A stretch of DNA of 10,028 nucleotides from Candidatus Margulisiibacteriota bacterium (GCA_043816785.1 JBDRHP010000023.1:1-10028); one strand, 5' to 3'; positions 1 through 7,637 are shown, counted from the first letter of the stretch. Notes: generated by a model not told the origin, from the sequence alone. Translations and numbers: made by a program.

Positions 1-726
1 CTGGAAACCAACCGGGAACTGCAAGTTAACGGCCGCTGGAAATTTCCCGCCGCTTCCGTCGCTAAAGTGCCGGTCATGGCCACAGCCTACCATCTGGCAG
101 AGGTTGGCGCCCTGGATCTGGACAAAAAAATTGTCTTTAAAGAAACAGACAAATTGCCCGGCTCCGGCGTGCTGCGCTGGATGCCGGCTGACCGGGAGTA
201 TTCGATCAGGAATCTCATTAGATTAATGATCGTTCTCTCTGATAATACCGCCACAAAAATGGTTGTGGATCAGCTGGGCTGTAAAACGATCAATAATTAT
301 CTTAACGACAAGCTCAGTCTAAGAACCACGCGAGTTATTGATGACACCATGCTCAATGAGCCGACCAGCGAGGCCGCCAACCTAACCTCGCCTGCTGACA
401 TGGCCTATCTCATAGCCATGATCCAGCGCAAAAAAGGTTTTGGCCCGGAATCATCTGAACAAATGCTCAATTACATGAAAAACCAGCGCTATCGCTGGGG
501 TTTGTGGCGCGGCGTGCCGCGCGGCGTTAAGATCGCCAATAAAACCGGGAATCTAGACGGCGTGCTTAATGATGTCGGCGTTATTTACTCTCCAGCTGGA
601 ACTTACATCCTGTCGATCTTCACCTATGGCATAGAAAAAAATAAAAAGGCCAGAGAATTGATCAATCAGATCTCAAGCATTGTTTACCAAACCTACACCA
701 ATAACAGCAATAGCCTCAATAACTGA
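1..726 (+). CDS. Serine hydrolase, class A beta-lactamase-like / PBP family (5'-truncated by the window edge)
   Basis: Frame 1 is open from base 1 (LETNRELQVNGRWKFPAASVAKVPVM...), so the listed GTG at 67 is not the true start. All three motifs are present: SxxK (S-V-A-K, 55-66), SDN (IVLSDNTAT) and KTG (IANKTGNLDG). No clear class A omega-loop ExxLN motif, so beta-lactamase activity is not established. Confidence 0.9.
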   Translation: METNRELQVNGRWKFPAASVAKVPVMATAYHLAEVGALDLDKKIVFKETDKLPGSGVLRWMPADREYSIRNLIRLMIVLSDNTATKMVVDQLGCKTINNYLNDKLSLRTTRVIDDTMLNEPTSEAANLTSPADMAYLIAMIQRKKGFGPESSEQMLNYMKNQRYRWGLWRGVPRGVKIANKTGNLDGVLNDVGVIYSPAGTYILSIFTYGIEKNKKARELINQISSIVYQTYTNNSNSLNN

Positions 727-985
727 TTTGAAAATCAGTGAACTGCCCGGTAGCCGGCTCCCAGGAAAGATTTTTCTGCCTAATAGCTGAGGACAGCGCG
801 GTTTCGATCTCAGCCAGGAAGCGTTTGAGGTCCGATTCTTCTGCTTCAGCTACCAGTTCCACTCTGCCGTCCGCCAAATTCTTAACCTGGCCTAATATCT
901 TGTTGCGAAACGCTAGATCAGCAGCTGTAAATCGAAAGCCCACCCCCTGGACAAAGCCAGAGTAGTAAATATGGGCCCGTTTCAT
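716..985 (-). CDS. acyP: Acylphosphatase
   Basis: 89 aa with signature G-x-VQGVGFR and [14 protein letters not shown] overlap with the hppA stop at 982-985. Confidence 0.96.
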   Translation of the reverse strand: MKRAHIYYSGFVQGVGFRFTAADLAFRNKILGQVKNLADGRVELVAEAEESDLKRFLAEIETALSSAIRQKNLSWEPATGQFTDFQISY

Positions 986-2988
986 TTTATATGCAGGGCC
1001 AACATGATCACCGGATAAAACTTGGCGATCACCGGCCCGAAAACCAAAGCAACAATAGACATCAACTTTAACAAAATGTTAATTGAGGGACCTGAGGTAT
1101 CTTTAAAAGGATCGCCCACGGTATCGCCTACTACAGCGGCAGCATGGATCGGGGTTCCCTTCCCGCCTAAGTAGCCGTCCTCAATCAATTTCTTAGCATT
1201 ATCCCAGGCGCCGCCGCTATTAGACATCATAATAGCTAAAAGAACGCCTGTGCCTAAAGCCCCAGCTAAGAATCCACCCAGGGCTGTGGGGCCTAGCAAT
1301 AAACCAACCAAGATCGGCACGATCAATGCCATGGCGCCGGGGATCACCATTTCTTTAAGCGCCGATTTAGTCGAAATATCAACACAACGTTCGATATCCG
1401 GTTTGGCTTTACCTTCCATTAAGCCCGTTATCTCCTTGAACTGGCGGCGCACTTCCGCCACCATGGCATAAGCTGCCCGGCCAACTGCCTGCATGGTCAA
1501 GGCAGAGAAAATAAATGGCATTAACGCGCCAATGAAGAAACCCACCACCACAGTGATCTCAAGTAAATTAATACTGTCAATGCCTACAGTTTGGGTATAG
1601 GCGGCAAACAAGGCTAAGGCAGTCAGGGTTGCCGAGCCAATGGCAAAACCTTTGCCAATAGCAGCTGTGGTATTGCCTAAAGAATCAAGCTTGTCCGTGA
1701 TCTTTCTGGCTTCTGGCGGCAGATTAGCCATAGTCACGATCCCGCCGGCATTGTCAGCGATCGGGCCATAAGCGTCAACCGACATAATTATGCCAATGGT
1801 CCCCAACATACCCACTGCAGCGATCGCCACGCCATAAAGACCGACAAAATGATAGGAGATCAACAGAGCGACACAAATGGCCAGGATCGGCAAAGCCGTG
1901 CTTCTCATGCCAACAGCCAGGCCGCTGATAATATTAGTAGCTGCCCCTGTTTCGCATGACTTAGCCAGTTCTTTAACGGTTTTGCCGGAAGTGTAGTATT
2001 CTGAAAATTTGCCAATGGCCACGCCAACTAAGATCCCGGAAAGGATAGCCCAAAAGACGCCGAGGTTGCCTGGCAAGAGCCAGTTAACAATAAAAAATGA
2101 AGCCACAATGAAAATTGCGCCAGAGACATAAGTAGCATAATTCAAGGCCGCCCCTGGATCAGCATCCTGAACAAGGTCAATAAATATCGTGCCGATAAAG
2201 GAAGCAATGGCCCCAGCCACGATCAGCACCAAAGGTAAAATCATCCAATTCAAGGTTGAGTTCGCCATTAACACGCCTAAAGCAATCGCGGCCACAACTG
2301 AGCCAACGTATGATTCAAAAAGGTCCGCACCCATGCCCGCCACATCTCCAACGTTATCCCCGACATTATCCGCAATAACAGCTGGATTGCGAGGATCATC
2401 CTCAGGAATACCGGCTTCAACTTTGCCAACCAGGTCAGCGCCAACATCAGCGGATTTGGTGAAGATCCCTCCGCCAACCCTGGCGAACAAGGCAATTGAA
2501 GAAGCGCCCATGGAAAAGCCAGAAACAACCAAGGCCTTGGTCTTAAGATCCGGGATCAGCCACCAGATCAGGCCCAAACCAATGATGCCTAAACTGGCGA
2601 TCGACATGCCCATGACCGATCCACCCTTAAAGGCTATGCCCAATGATTTGCCCTGATTGTAAGTCGCGGCCGCCGCAGCAGTTCTAACATTGGCCTTGGT
2701 GGCCGCGCTCATGCCAATAAAGCCAGCCAGCATGGAAAAGAGACAGCCGGAAATATAAGCAAGAGCGACTGGCAGTCCAATGAAAACAAAAATAGCGATA
2801 AAAACTATCGCCATAAAAACTGAAAGGCTCAAGTACTGGCGCCTCAGGTAAGTCATCGCTCCCTGATGAATGGAATTAGCGATCTCGTTCATCCGCTCAG
2901 ACTTGACCTCTATCCTGACAATACTCCAGAAAAGATACAAAGCGTAAACCAACCCCAGCACACCGACAAAGATAATCCAGAATTCCAT
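982..2988 (-). CDS. hppA: Membrane-bound ion-translocating pyrophosphatase, K+-dependent type, probably Na+-pumping
   Basis: 668 aa polytopic protein with [76 protein letters not shown] and [14 protein letters not shown]. Ala in GNTTAA marks K+ dependence. GAGGG RBS upstream. Confidence 0.97.
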   Translation of the reverse strand: MEFWIIFVGVLGLVYALYLFWSIVRIEVKSERMNEIANSIHQGAMTYLRRQYLSLSVFMAIVFIAIFVFIGLPVALAYISGCLFSMLAGFIGMSAATKANVRTAAAAATYNQGKSLGIAFKGGSVMGMSIASLGIIGLGLIWWLIPDLKTKALVVSGFSMGASSIALFARVGGGIFTKSADVGADLVGKVEAGIPEDDPRNPAVIADNVGDNVGDVAGMGADLFESYVGSVVAAIALGVLMANSTLNWMILPLVLIVAGAIASFIGTIFIDLVQDADPGAALNYATYVSGAIFIVASFFIVNWLLPGNLGVFWAILSGILVGVAIGKFSEYYTSGKTVKELAKSCETGAATNIISGLAVGMRSTALPILAICVALLISYHFVGLYGVAIAAVGMLGTIGIIMSVDAYGPIADNAGGIVTMANLPPEARKITDKLDSLGNTTAAIGKGFAIGSATLTALALFAAYTQTVGIDSINLLEITVVVGFFIGALMPFIFSALTMQAVGRAAYAMVAEVRRQFKEITGLMEGKAKPDIERCVDISTKSALKEMVIPGAMALIVPILVGLLLGPTALGGFLAGALGTGVLLAIMMSNSGGAWDNAKKLIEDGYLGGKGTPIHAAAVVGDTVGDPFKDTSGPSINILLKLMSIVALVFGPVIAKFYPVIMLALHIK

Positions 2989-3026
2989 TATTATTCCCTC
3001 TCTTTCTTTTTGTTTAACAAGAGACT

Positions 3027-3046
3027 ATTATAATATATGTTATAAT
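3027..3046. promoter_or_regulatory. Overlapping divergent sigma70-type -10 elements for hppA and the JAB gene
   Basis: + strand TG-T-TATAAT (extended -10) at 3038-3046; a second + strand TATAAT at 3029-3034; - strand TATAAT at 3032-3027. Together they form the dyad ATTATAA-tatatg-TTATAAT. Confidence 0.6.
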
Positions 3047-3055
3047 TGTACGCAA

Positions 3056-3634
3056 ATGTTTAGAATTACTGAGCACCAATACAATATAATAATGAAGCAG
3101 GCTCAGTCCTGCTATCCGCAGGAGACAGGCGGCATCCTGGGCGGCAGGGAAAACACTATCCTGGGAGTACTGCCCATTGCCAATAAAGTCAGCCAAGAGC
3201 GCACGGAAACCTTTGGCTTGACCTCTGAAGACATTGAACGCGCTTACAGTTTTCTAGTCAAGAATAAGCTGGAATACCTGGGGGTTTATCACACCCACCC
3301 CAAGGGAATACCCATTCCCTCAGCGCAAGACCTGGCGCACCACCAGAAATACCTGTTCATTATTGGCTTGGAAGACCGGCGCAACCCCGCGCTTTACGCC
3401 TGGCGGGTGGAGGGAGGCAGGGTTTATTCTGAAGATATCAAAATCATCAGCGATATCGGCATTACCATCGTTGATATCAGGACAGGCAAACCAAAACTGG
3501 CGGAAAATATTGGCGGCCAAGAACTTAACAGGCTAACCAGGATGGTCAACGCTTTCATCGAGGGCCACGAACCGGAATATCACAAGTATAATCCCACCAA
3601 CTGGGACGCTTCATCCTTCAGCACTTTTGCCTAG
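3056..3634 (+). CDS. JAB/MPN+ (Mov34/MPN/PAD-1, M67-like) metalloprotease with C-terminal extension
   Basis: N-terminal catalytic Glu (YPQETGGILGG) and intact JAMM motif H-x-H-x7-S-x2-D (YHTHPKGIPIPSAQD); about 60 extra C-terminal residues. Confidence 0.92.
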   Translation: MFRITEHQYNIIMKQAQSCYPQETGGILGGRENTILGVLPIANKVSQERTETFGLTSEDIERAYSFLVKNKLEYLGVYHTHPKGIPIPSAQDLAHHQKYLFIIGLEDRRNPALYAWRVEGGRVYSEDIKIISDIGITIVDIRTGKPKLAENIGGQELNRLTRMVNAFIEGHEPEYHKYNPTNWDASSFSTFA

Positions 3635-3658
3635 CACTTCGACTCTGCTCAGTGCTAG
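3631..3658. repeat. REP-like palindrome between convergent genes (possible bidirectional terminator)
   Basis: CTAGCACT-tcgactctgctc-AGTGCTAG: 8-bp perfect arms, each containing the TAG stop of one of the two convergent genes. No U-tract. Confidence 0.6.
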
Positions 3659-4752
3659 AAGCTGTAGCGGAACCTTAATAAAATCAGATTACTGCCCATT
3701 AACCCTGTAGTATCCTGGGTTAAGGTAGGTTTAAATTCGCTGCCCGTATCCCCGCCAGTCAACATGGCCTCAAGGCTCAAATCAAAGTTTTGAAAAATGT
3801 TGCGGGAAAAAGTCGGGTAATAAATGCGGCTAAGGTCGTCAGCATTTAGCAGCAGAGAAAATCTAATATTAGTTATTTCATCCAGAGCCTTGTAAGCCGC
3901 GAAATAAAAATAATCCATGCCAAGCTGTGAGATGTTACCAGCCAAAAGATTTGTCCAGTCATAATTGTCCTTGTTCTTGACGCCCAACCCATTAAAATAA
4001 TATTCCATATCCAGGCCCCAGCCATTCTCAAAAGTATAATTCCCACCCAAAACTGACTGAATATACCGGTTGGCCGCGGCCGGAGAAATCAGAGCCACTT
4101 CGCTTCGCACGCCCAAACCAAACAACTCACCAGTCGTGTCAGCTCCCAGCTGAAAAGCGCCGGCGCCCCGGTCAACGTAACTTAAAGAAAAATCATACAG
4201 CCCCAGATTGGAATGGAAGCGAATGCCTTTGGCAGCGCTCAACCAAGCCTTATTTGTTTCAACATAAGTATCAAGCCCGCCAGCCTCGCCCATAGGCACT
4301 TCAACCCTTACGGCTTGGGGCTCACTTTCCTCGTCCTCATCAACAGCAAAAGATAGGGTAAAAGGATTAAAAACATCAGTTGGATTCCAAAGATAACCCG
4401 CGCCCCAGGCAATACGCTGTTGCCCAACAGTAATATCTGCCAAAGGAAACGCCAGCTTAAGATAAGCGCGATCCCAAGTCAGCTGATCCAGGCCGGAGAC
4501 AGAAGATATTGGCAGATTGTCTGATTTGATCAAAAAATCATATTCTGGTTCTAAATGCAGGTTAACATTATCAGCAATTTTAGCATCAAGCCGAAGCCGG
4601 AGCCTGCTCAGGTCACCGACCAGCCCGCCGCCATCCCTTTTAGCGCCGCCAACAAAGAGGTTTTCATAATAACCATTAACTTCAATGGCATTCGCCATTG
4701 AAGTAATAACCAAGAAACAAGATACAAGATACAAACAAATTCCAAATCTCAT
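3655..4752 (-). CDS. Outer-membrane beta-barrel protein of unknown function
   Basis: Signal peptide ending A-N-A; amphipathic strands (RLRLRLDAK); DRAYL...ITVGQQRIAWG...NPTDVFNP pattern typical of barrels found with LolA-like/ABC clusters; C-terminal beta-signal LRFRYSF ending in Phe. Confidence 0.8.
   Translation of the reverse strand: MRFGICLYLVSCFLVITSMANAIEVNGYYENLFVGGAKRDGGGLVGDLSRLRLRLDAKIADNVNLHLEPEYDFLIKSDNLPISSVSGLDQLTWDRAYLKLAFPLADITVGQQRIAWGAGYLWNPTDVFNPFTLSFAVDEDEESEPQAVRVEVPMGEAGGLDTYVETNKAWLSAAKGIRFHSNLGLYDFSLSYVDRGAGAFQLGADTTGELFGLGVRSEVALISPAAANRYIQSVLGGNYTFENGWGLDMEYYFNGLGVKNKDNYDWTNLLAGNISQLGMDYFYFAAYKALDEITNIRFSLLLNADDLSRIYYPTFSRNIFQNFDLSLEAMLTGGDTGSEFKPTLTQDTTGLMGSNLILLRFRYSF
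4679..4704. repeat. Perfect 11-bp inverted repeat within the beta-barrel gene
   Basis: ACTTCAATGGC-attc-GCCATTGAAGT, spanning codons T-S-M-A-N-A-I-E-V. Confidence 0.75.
4711..4749. repeat. Degenerate heptamer tandem repeat
   Basis: CAAGAAA CAAGATA CAAGATA CAAA CAAATTC CAAATCT; on the minus strand it encodes the start of the barrel signal peptide (RFGICLYLVSCFL). Confidence 0.7.
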
Positions 4753-5537
4753 CTTAATGATATTTTACTCCGAAGCATGTAATATAGCCACTTTAAATAT
4801 CGTTTGCGCTTCCAGGACCCCAGCAGTAAGATGTTATATTTACTTTTAAGTTCACGCAAAACCAGTGCTTTGTTCCCTGCAGAAAGATCTTTTTTTAATA
4901 ATTTCTCCAAGGCTCGTATCCGAAAGCGGTCCATGCCCCAGTATTTCCTGGAAAGCTGGTCTGGATGCCCACCCCTTTTAATGATCAGCTTTTCATCAAG
5001 ATAGGCGATCGGATAACGCAGGGACAGGCGCAGCCATAAATCATAATCTTCACAAACTGGCAGGGATTCATCAAAGCCCCCCAGCTCAGCAAAAACTTCT
5101 CGCTCCATTAAAATCGAGGAACAACTGATAATACAAAGGGGCAAACATTTGTCAAAGATCCAGCCATGGTATTTTTGGTGCTTCTTTAGCTGGTTAAGAT
5201 GCTCACCATTGCGGACCCACTTTTCGTTGGTGTAGCAGAGTTTGAATTCGGAACCTGAGACTGAACGTCTCGGTTCCTCATTGATTATTTTTAGAAATCG
5301 CAATTGCTTCTCAAGTTTCTTTTTATCCCAGAGGTCGTCAGAATCAAGAAAAGCAATATATCGCCCCTTGGCCTTACTAACTCCAGAATTACGAATAGCC
5401 GCCGGTCCTTGGCAAGGTTCATGATCTTCAACCACAATTAGTTCAAAATCCTGAAAAGTCTGCGCCCGCACAGAATCAATGGCTTCTTTAAGGAGCTCGG
5501 GGCGGTTATAGGTAGGGATAATGACTGAAACCAGCAT
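4749..5537 (-). CDS. Glycosyltransferase family 2 (GT-A fold) carrying an in-frame palindromic insertion
   Basis: VSVIIPTYNR, FELIVV, RNSGV..AKGRYIAFLDSDD (DxD motif) and GGFDESLPVCEDYDLWLR; ATGA overlap with the downstream barrel gene. Confidence 0.95.
   Translation of the reverse strand: MLVSVIIPTYNRPELLKEAIDSVRAQTFQDFELIVVEDHEPCQGPAAIRNSGVSKAKGRYIAFLDSDDLWDKKKLEKQLRFLKIINEEPRRSVSGSEFKLCYTNEKWVRNGEHLNQLKKHQKYHGWIFDKCLPLCIISCSSILMEREVFAELGGFDESLPVCEDYDLWLRLSLRYPIAYLDEKLIIKRGGHPDQLSRKYWGMDRFRIRALEKLLKKDLSAGNKALVLRELKSKYNILLLGSWKRKRYLKWLYYMLRSKISLR
5250..5277 (+). repeat. 28-bp bulged palindrome, copy 1 (inside the GT2 CDS)
   Basis: GGAACC-T-GAGAC-TGAAC-GTCTC-GGTTCC; exact reverse complement of 9098-9125; flanked by TC on both sides. 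Confidence 0.95.
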
Positions 5538-5540
5538 GAA

Positions 5541-6359
5541 CTACTTTTTCAAGTTTCTCTGGGTAAAAGTGTCTTTAGGGATCCGGATGCCGAATTGCGC
5601 CTTGGTAACGACCATCTCGGTCAGGGAATCGCTGCGCAGCAAGTTTTGCATTGATATATATGTAGGGTAGTAACGACTGCCGTATTTTCGCACATCTCCC
5701 AGCATCGTTACTTTTAATTTCTTGCCAGACTTGGCAAAGAGCTCTTCTTTGACCGGCACAAAAATCTCACGATCAACCCAAATCTTTCTTTTATAGTAAG
5801 TAACATCTTTCACCTTGGCAGTCAGGGCCAGCACATAACAGGGCCGGCCTTTGGTGACTTCCTCTGTCCCTTTTTTGATTTTCACATAGGTTATTTCTTC
5901 TGTCACCAGGCCTACATCATATTTTTCCAGAAGTTTGCTGCTTTCCAGGGCGTCTTCATAGCTGAAATCCGAGCCCATCATGGATTGGCGCAGCATATGC
6001 CCGGCGATCTTGATGATCTTATCCACTGAGGGGAGATACATCCACATATTATCCTCGATCTTTAAATACTTGACCCCCTTATCACGCGGCGGAGAAAGGA
6101 ATTCGGAAAAACTTTTGTCCCGGCCCTGGGAATAGGAGACCATGGTCTTGGTGCGGACCTGGTCCCCGACATGGATGACCATCTCAGCCTCCATGCGGGC
6201 GGAATCAAAGGTCATGTTATCGTCGACCTTGCTGATAATTTGTTCGCCTGTTATGGCTAAGACAGGAGCAGCCAGCATAATAAAGCAAATGAGCACAAGG
6301 AGCCTGAGACTAAACGTCTCGGCTCCTTTTTTTATAAATTTACAAATCGCTTTATTCAT
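5541..6359 (-). CDS. Outer-membrane lipoprotein-sorting protein (LolA-like)
   Basis: Signal peptide (...LAAPVLA), then ITGEQIISKVD, F.SPPRDKG.KYLK....MWMYLP, SMMGSDFSYED and YYKRKIWVD, typical of the LolA-like family. The start is uncertain: ATG 6359 (MNKAICK) is preferred because the longer 6398 start is created by a repeat copy. Confidence 0.88.
   Translation of the reverse strand: MNKAICKFIKKGAETFSLRLLVLICFIMLAAPVLAITGEQIISKVDDNMTFDSARMEAEMVIHVGDQVRTKTMVSYSQGRDKSFSEFLSPPRDKGVKYLKIEDNMWMYLPSVDKIIKIAGHMLRQSMMGSDFSYEDALESSKLLEKYDVGLVTEEITYVKIKKGTEEVTKGRPCYVLALTAKVKDVTYYKRKIWVDREIFVPVKEELFAKSGKKLKVTMLGDVRKYGSRYYPTYISMQNLLRSDSLTEMVVTKAQFGIRIPKDTFTQRNLKK
6299..6326 (+). repeat. 28-bp bulged palindrome, copy 2 (inside the LolA-like signal peptide)
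   Basis: GGAGCC-T-GAGAC-TAAAC-GTCTC-GGCTCC; compensatory A:T to G:C change in the outer stem. Confidence 0.93.
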
Positions 6360-6368
6360 TATGATAAT

Positions 6369-6396
6369 GGAACCGCGACGTTCAGTCGCAGGTTCC
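6369..6396 (-). repeat. 28-bp bulged palindrome, copy 3
   Basis: Reverse complement reads GGAACC-T-GCGAC-TGAAC-GTCGC-GGTTCC; compensatory change in the inner stem; flanked by AT on both sides. Confidence 0.94.
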
Positions 6397-6401
6397 ATCT
6401 C

Positions 6402-7637
6402 CTAGATCTCCCGCAGCGCCTCCGTGGGTTCTAATTGAGCCGCGCGCAAAGCCGGCGGGATCGCTGCAACGACCGAGAATAAAATACCCATGCAAAAGCC
6501 AAAAAAGATTATCCCCCAGCTAAAAATGGCACGGTAAACGTAAGATAAGGGGAAATTCATTTGCCCCATCTGTTCAAATGTCGCGGTAAAATCAATGCCC
6601 ACAACCGCCAGATAATAGGCAATTCCCGAACCCCAGATCGCGCCAATAAAACTGGCAATGGTGCCGATCAGCAGGGCTTCGAGTAATATCACGCCCATGA
6701 CCTGACGGTCCTTCATGCCCAATGATTTCATCATCCCGATCTCTTTGGTCCGTTCCAGCACCGACATGAACATGGTGTTTAAGATCGTAAAGCTGGCCAG
6801 AAAAAGGACCAGGAAATAGATGCCGGCATAAACATTCTTGGCAAGCGTCATATAGAAATAAAGGAGCTCCTGCTCCTGCCAGGCCTTGGTCGTATATTGC
6901 CCCGGATAAACCTGGTCCAGACTGGTTTTGATCTCTTTGGCAACTGCCGGCGCCATATTCTTATCCTTTACAAGAATAAATATCTCGGTCACCGCATCGT
7001 TCAGGTCGAGCAGCTGCTGCGCCTTGTCCAGGGGCAAAAAGAAGGTTGTATTGTCCACGCTCTGCACTCCAAACCTGAAGATCCCCACGATCTTGAGGTT
7101 CATGGCAGAGATCGATCCATAAGCGGTTTGGGTCACCACTGTCAGGGTGTCACCAAGTTTCAGCCCCAGATCCCGGGCCAGGTTAACACCGATATTCATT
7201 TCTTCCTGTCCCGGTTTGATAAGCCTGCCTTCGACCAGCTTCTGATCAAGGTGTGAGATCTGGCTTTCTGTCTGGGGAACGATCCCAGTACCAAAAACTG
7301 GCTTGTTTTTCCCTTCGTGCTCCAGCAGCACGCCAAATTTGATCCGGCCCACGGCAAGCGTAACGTTTGGATTCGTTTCCGCGATCTTTTCAACCGCGGT
7401 GTAGTCTTGAATATTGGCTTCCAAAGGCAGCATTCTTTCGCGTTTTACATACTCTGAATTGAGAATGCGGACATGGCCGATGTTCAAACGGATCATATTA
7501 TCGAACATATCGTCCATGACCCCTGAGATCAAGGACCAGAGGTAAATCGCGATCATGACCGCGACAGCGATCGACAGCCCGGTTAGAACTGAACGCCTCT
7601 TATTGCGAAAAATATTTCTTAAAGCGATCTTAAACAT
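6402..7637 (-). CDS. ABC transporter permease, FtsX/LolE/MacB-type
   Basis: IALRNIFRNKRRSVLT N-terminus, one TM segment, large periplasmic domain, ILNTMFMSVLERTKEIGMMKSLG, and C-terminal PALRAAQLEPTEALR. Confidence 0.95.
   Translation of the reverse strand: MFKIALRNIFRNKRRSVLTGLSIAVAVMIAIYLWSLISGVMDDMFDNMIRLNIGHVRILNSEYVKRERMLPLEANIQDYTAVEKIAETNPNVTLAVGRIKFGVLLEHEGKNKPVFGTGIVPQTESQISHLDQKLVEGRLIKPGQEEMNIGVNLARDLGLKLGDTLTVVTQTAYGSISAMNLKIVGIFRFGVQSVDNTTFFLPLDKAQQLLDLNDAVTEIFILVKDKNMAPAVAKEIKTSLDQVYPGQYTTKAWQEQELLYFYMTLAKNVYAGIYFLVLFLASFTILNTMFMSVLERTKEIGMMKSLGMKDRQVMGVILLEALLIGTIASFIGAIWGSGIAYYLAVVGIDFTATFEQMGQMNFPLSYVYRAIFSWGIIFFGFCMGILFSVVAAIPPALRAAQLEPTEALREI

Noticed and set aside
3024..3051. 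dif/Xer site (ATAA-N6-TTAT core)
   Set aside because: The right arm TTATAATTGTA matches the XerD consensus TTATGTTAAAT poorly; better explained as divergent -10 boxes.
3056..3634. JAB gene as part of CBASS or another ubiquitin-like defence system
   Set aside because: No cyclase, E1/E2 or ubiquitin-like gene nearby; both neighbours are on the opposite strand and unrelated.
6299..6333. Copies 2 and 4 as intrinsic terminators (hairpin + T-run)
   Set aside because: The T-runs are on the + strand, antisense to the operon, and the hairpins belong to a dispersed family. Termination of antisense transcripts cannot be excluded.
6360..6398. N-terminal extension MEPATERRGSIII of the LolA-like protein as the annotated start
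   Set aside because: The ATG arises from the repeat flank and has zero spacing from the SD; 6359 gives a more normal signal peptide. It remains a possible alternative start.
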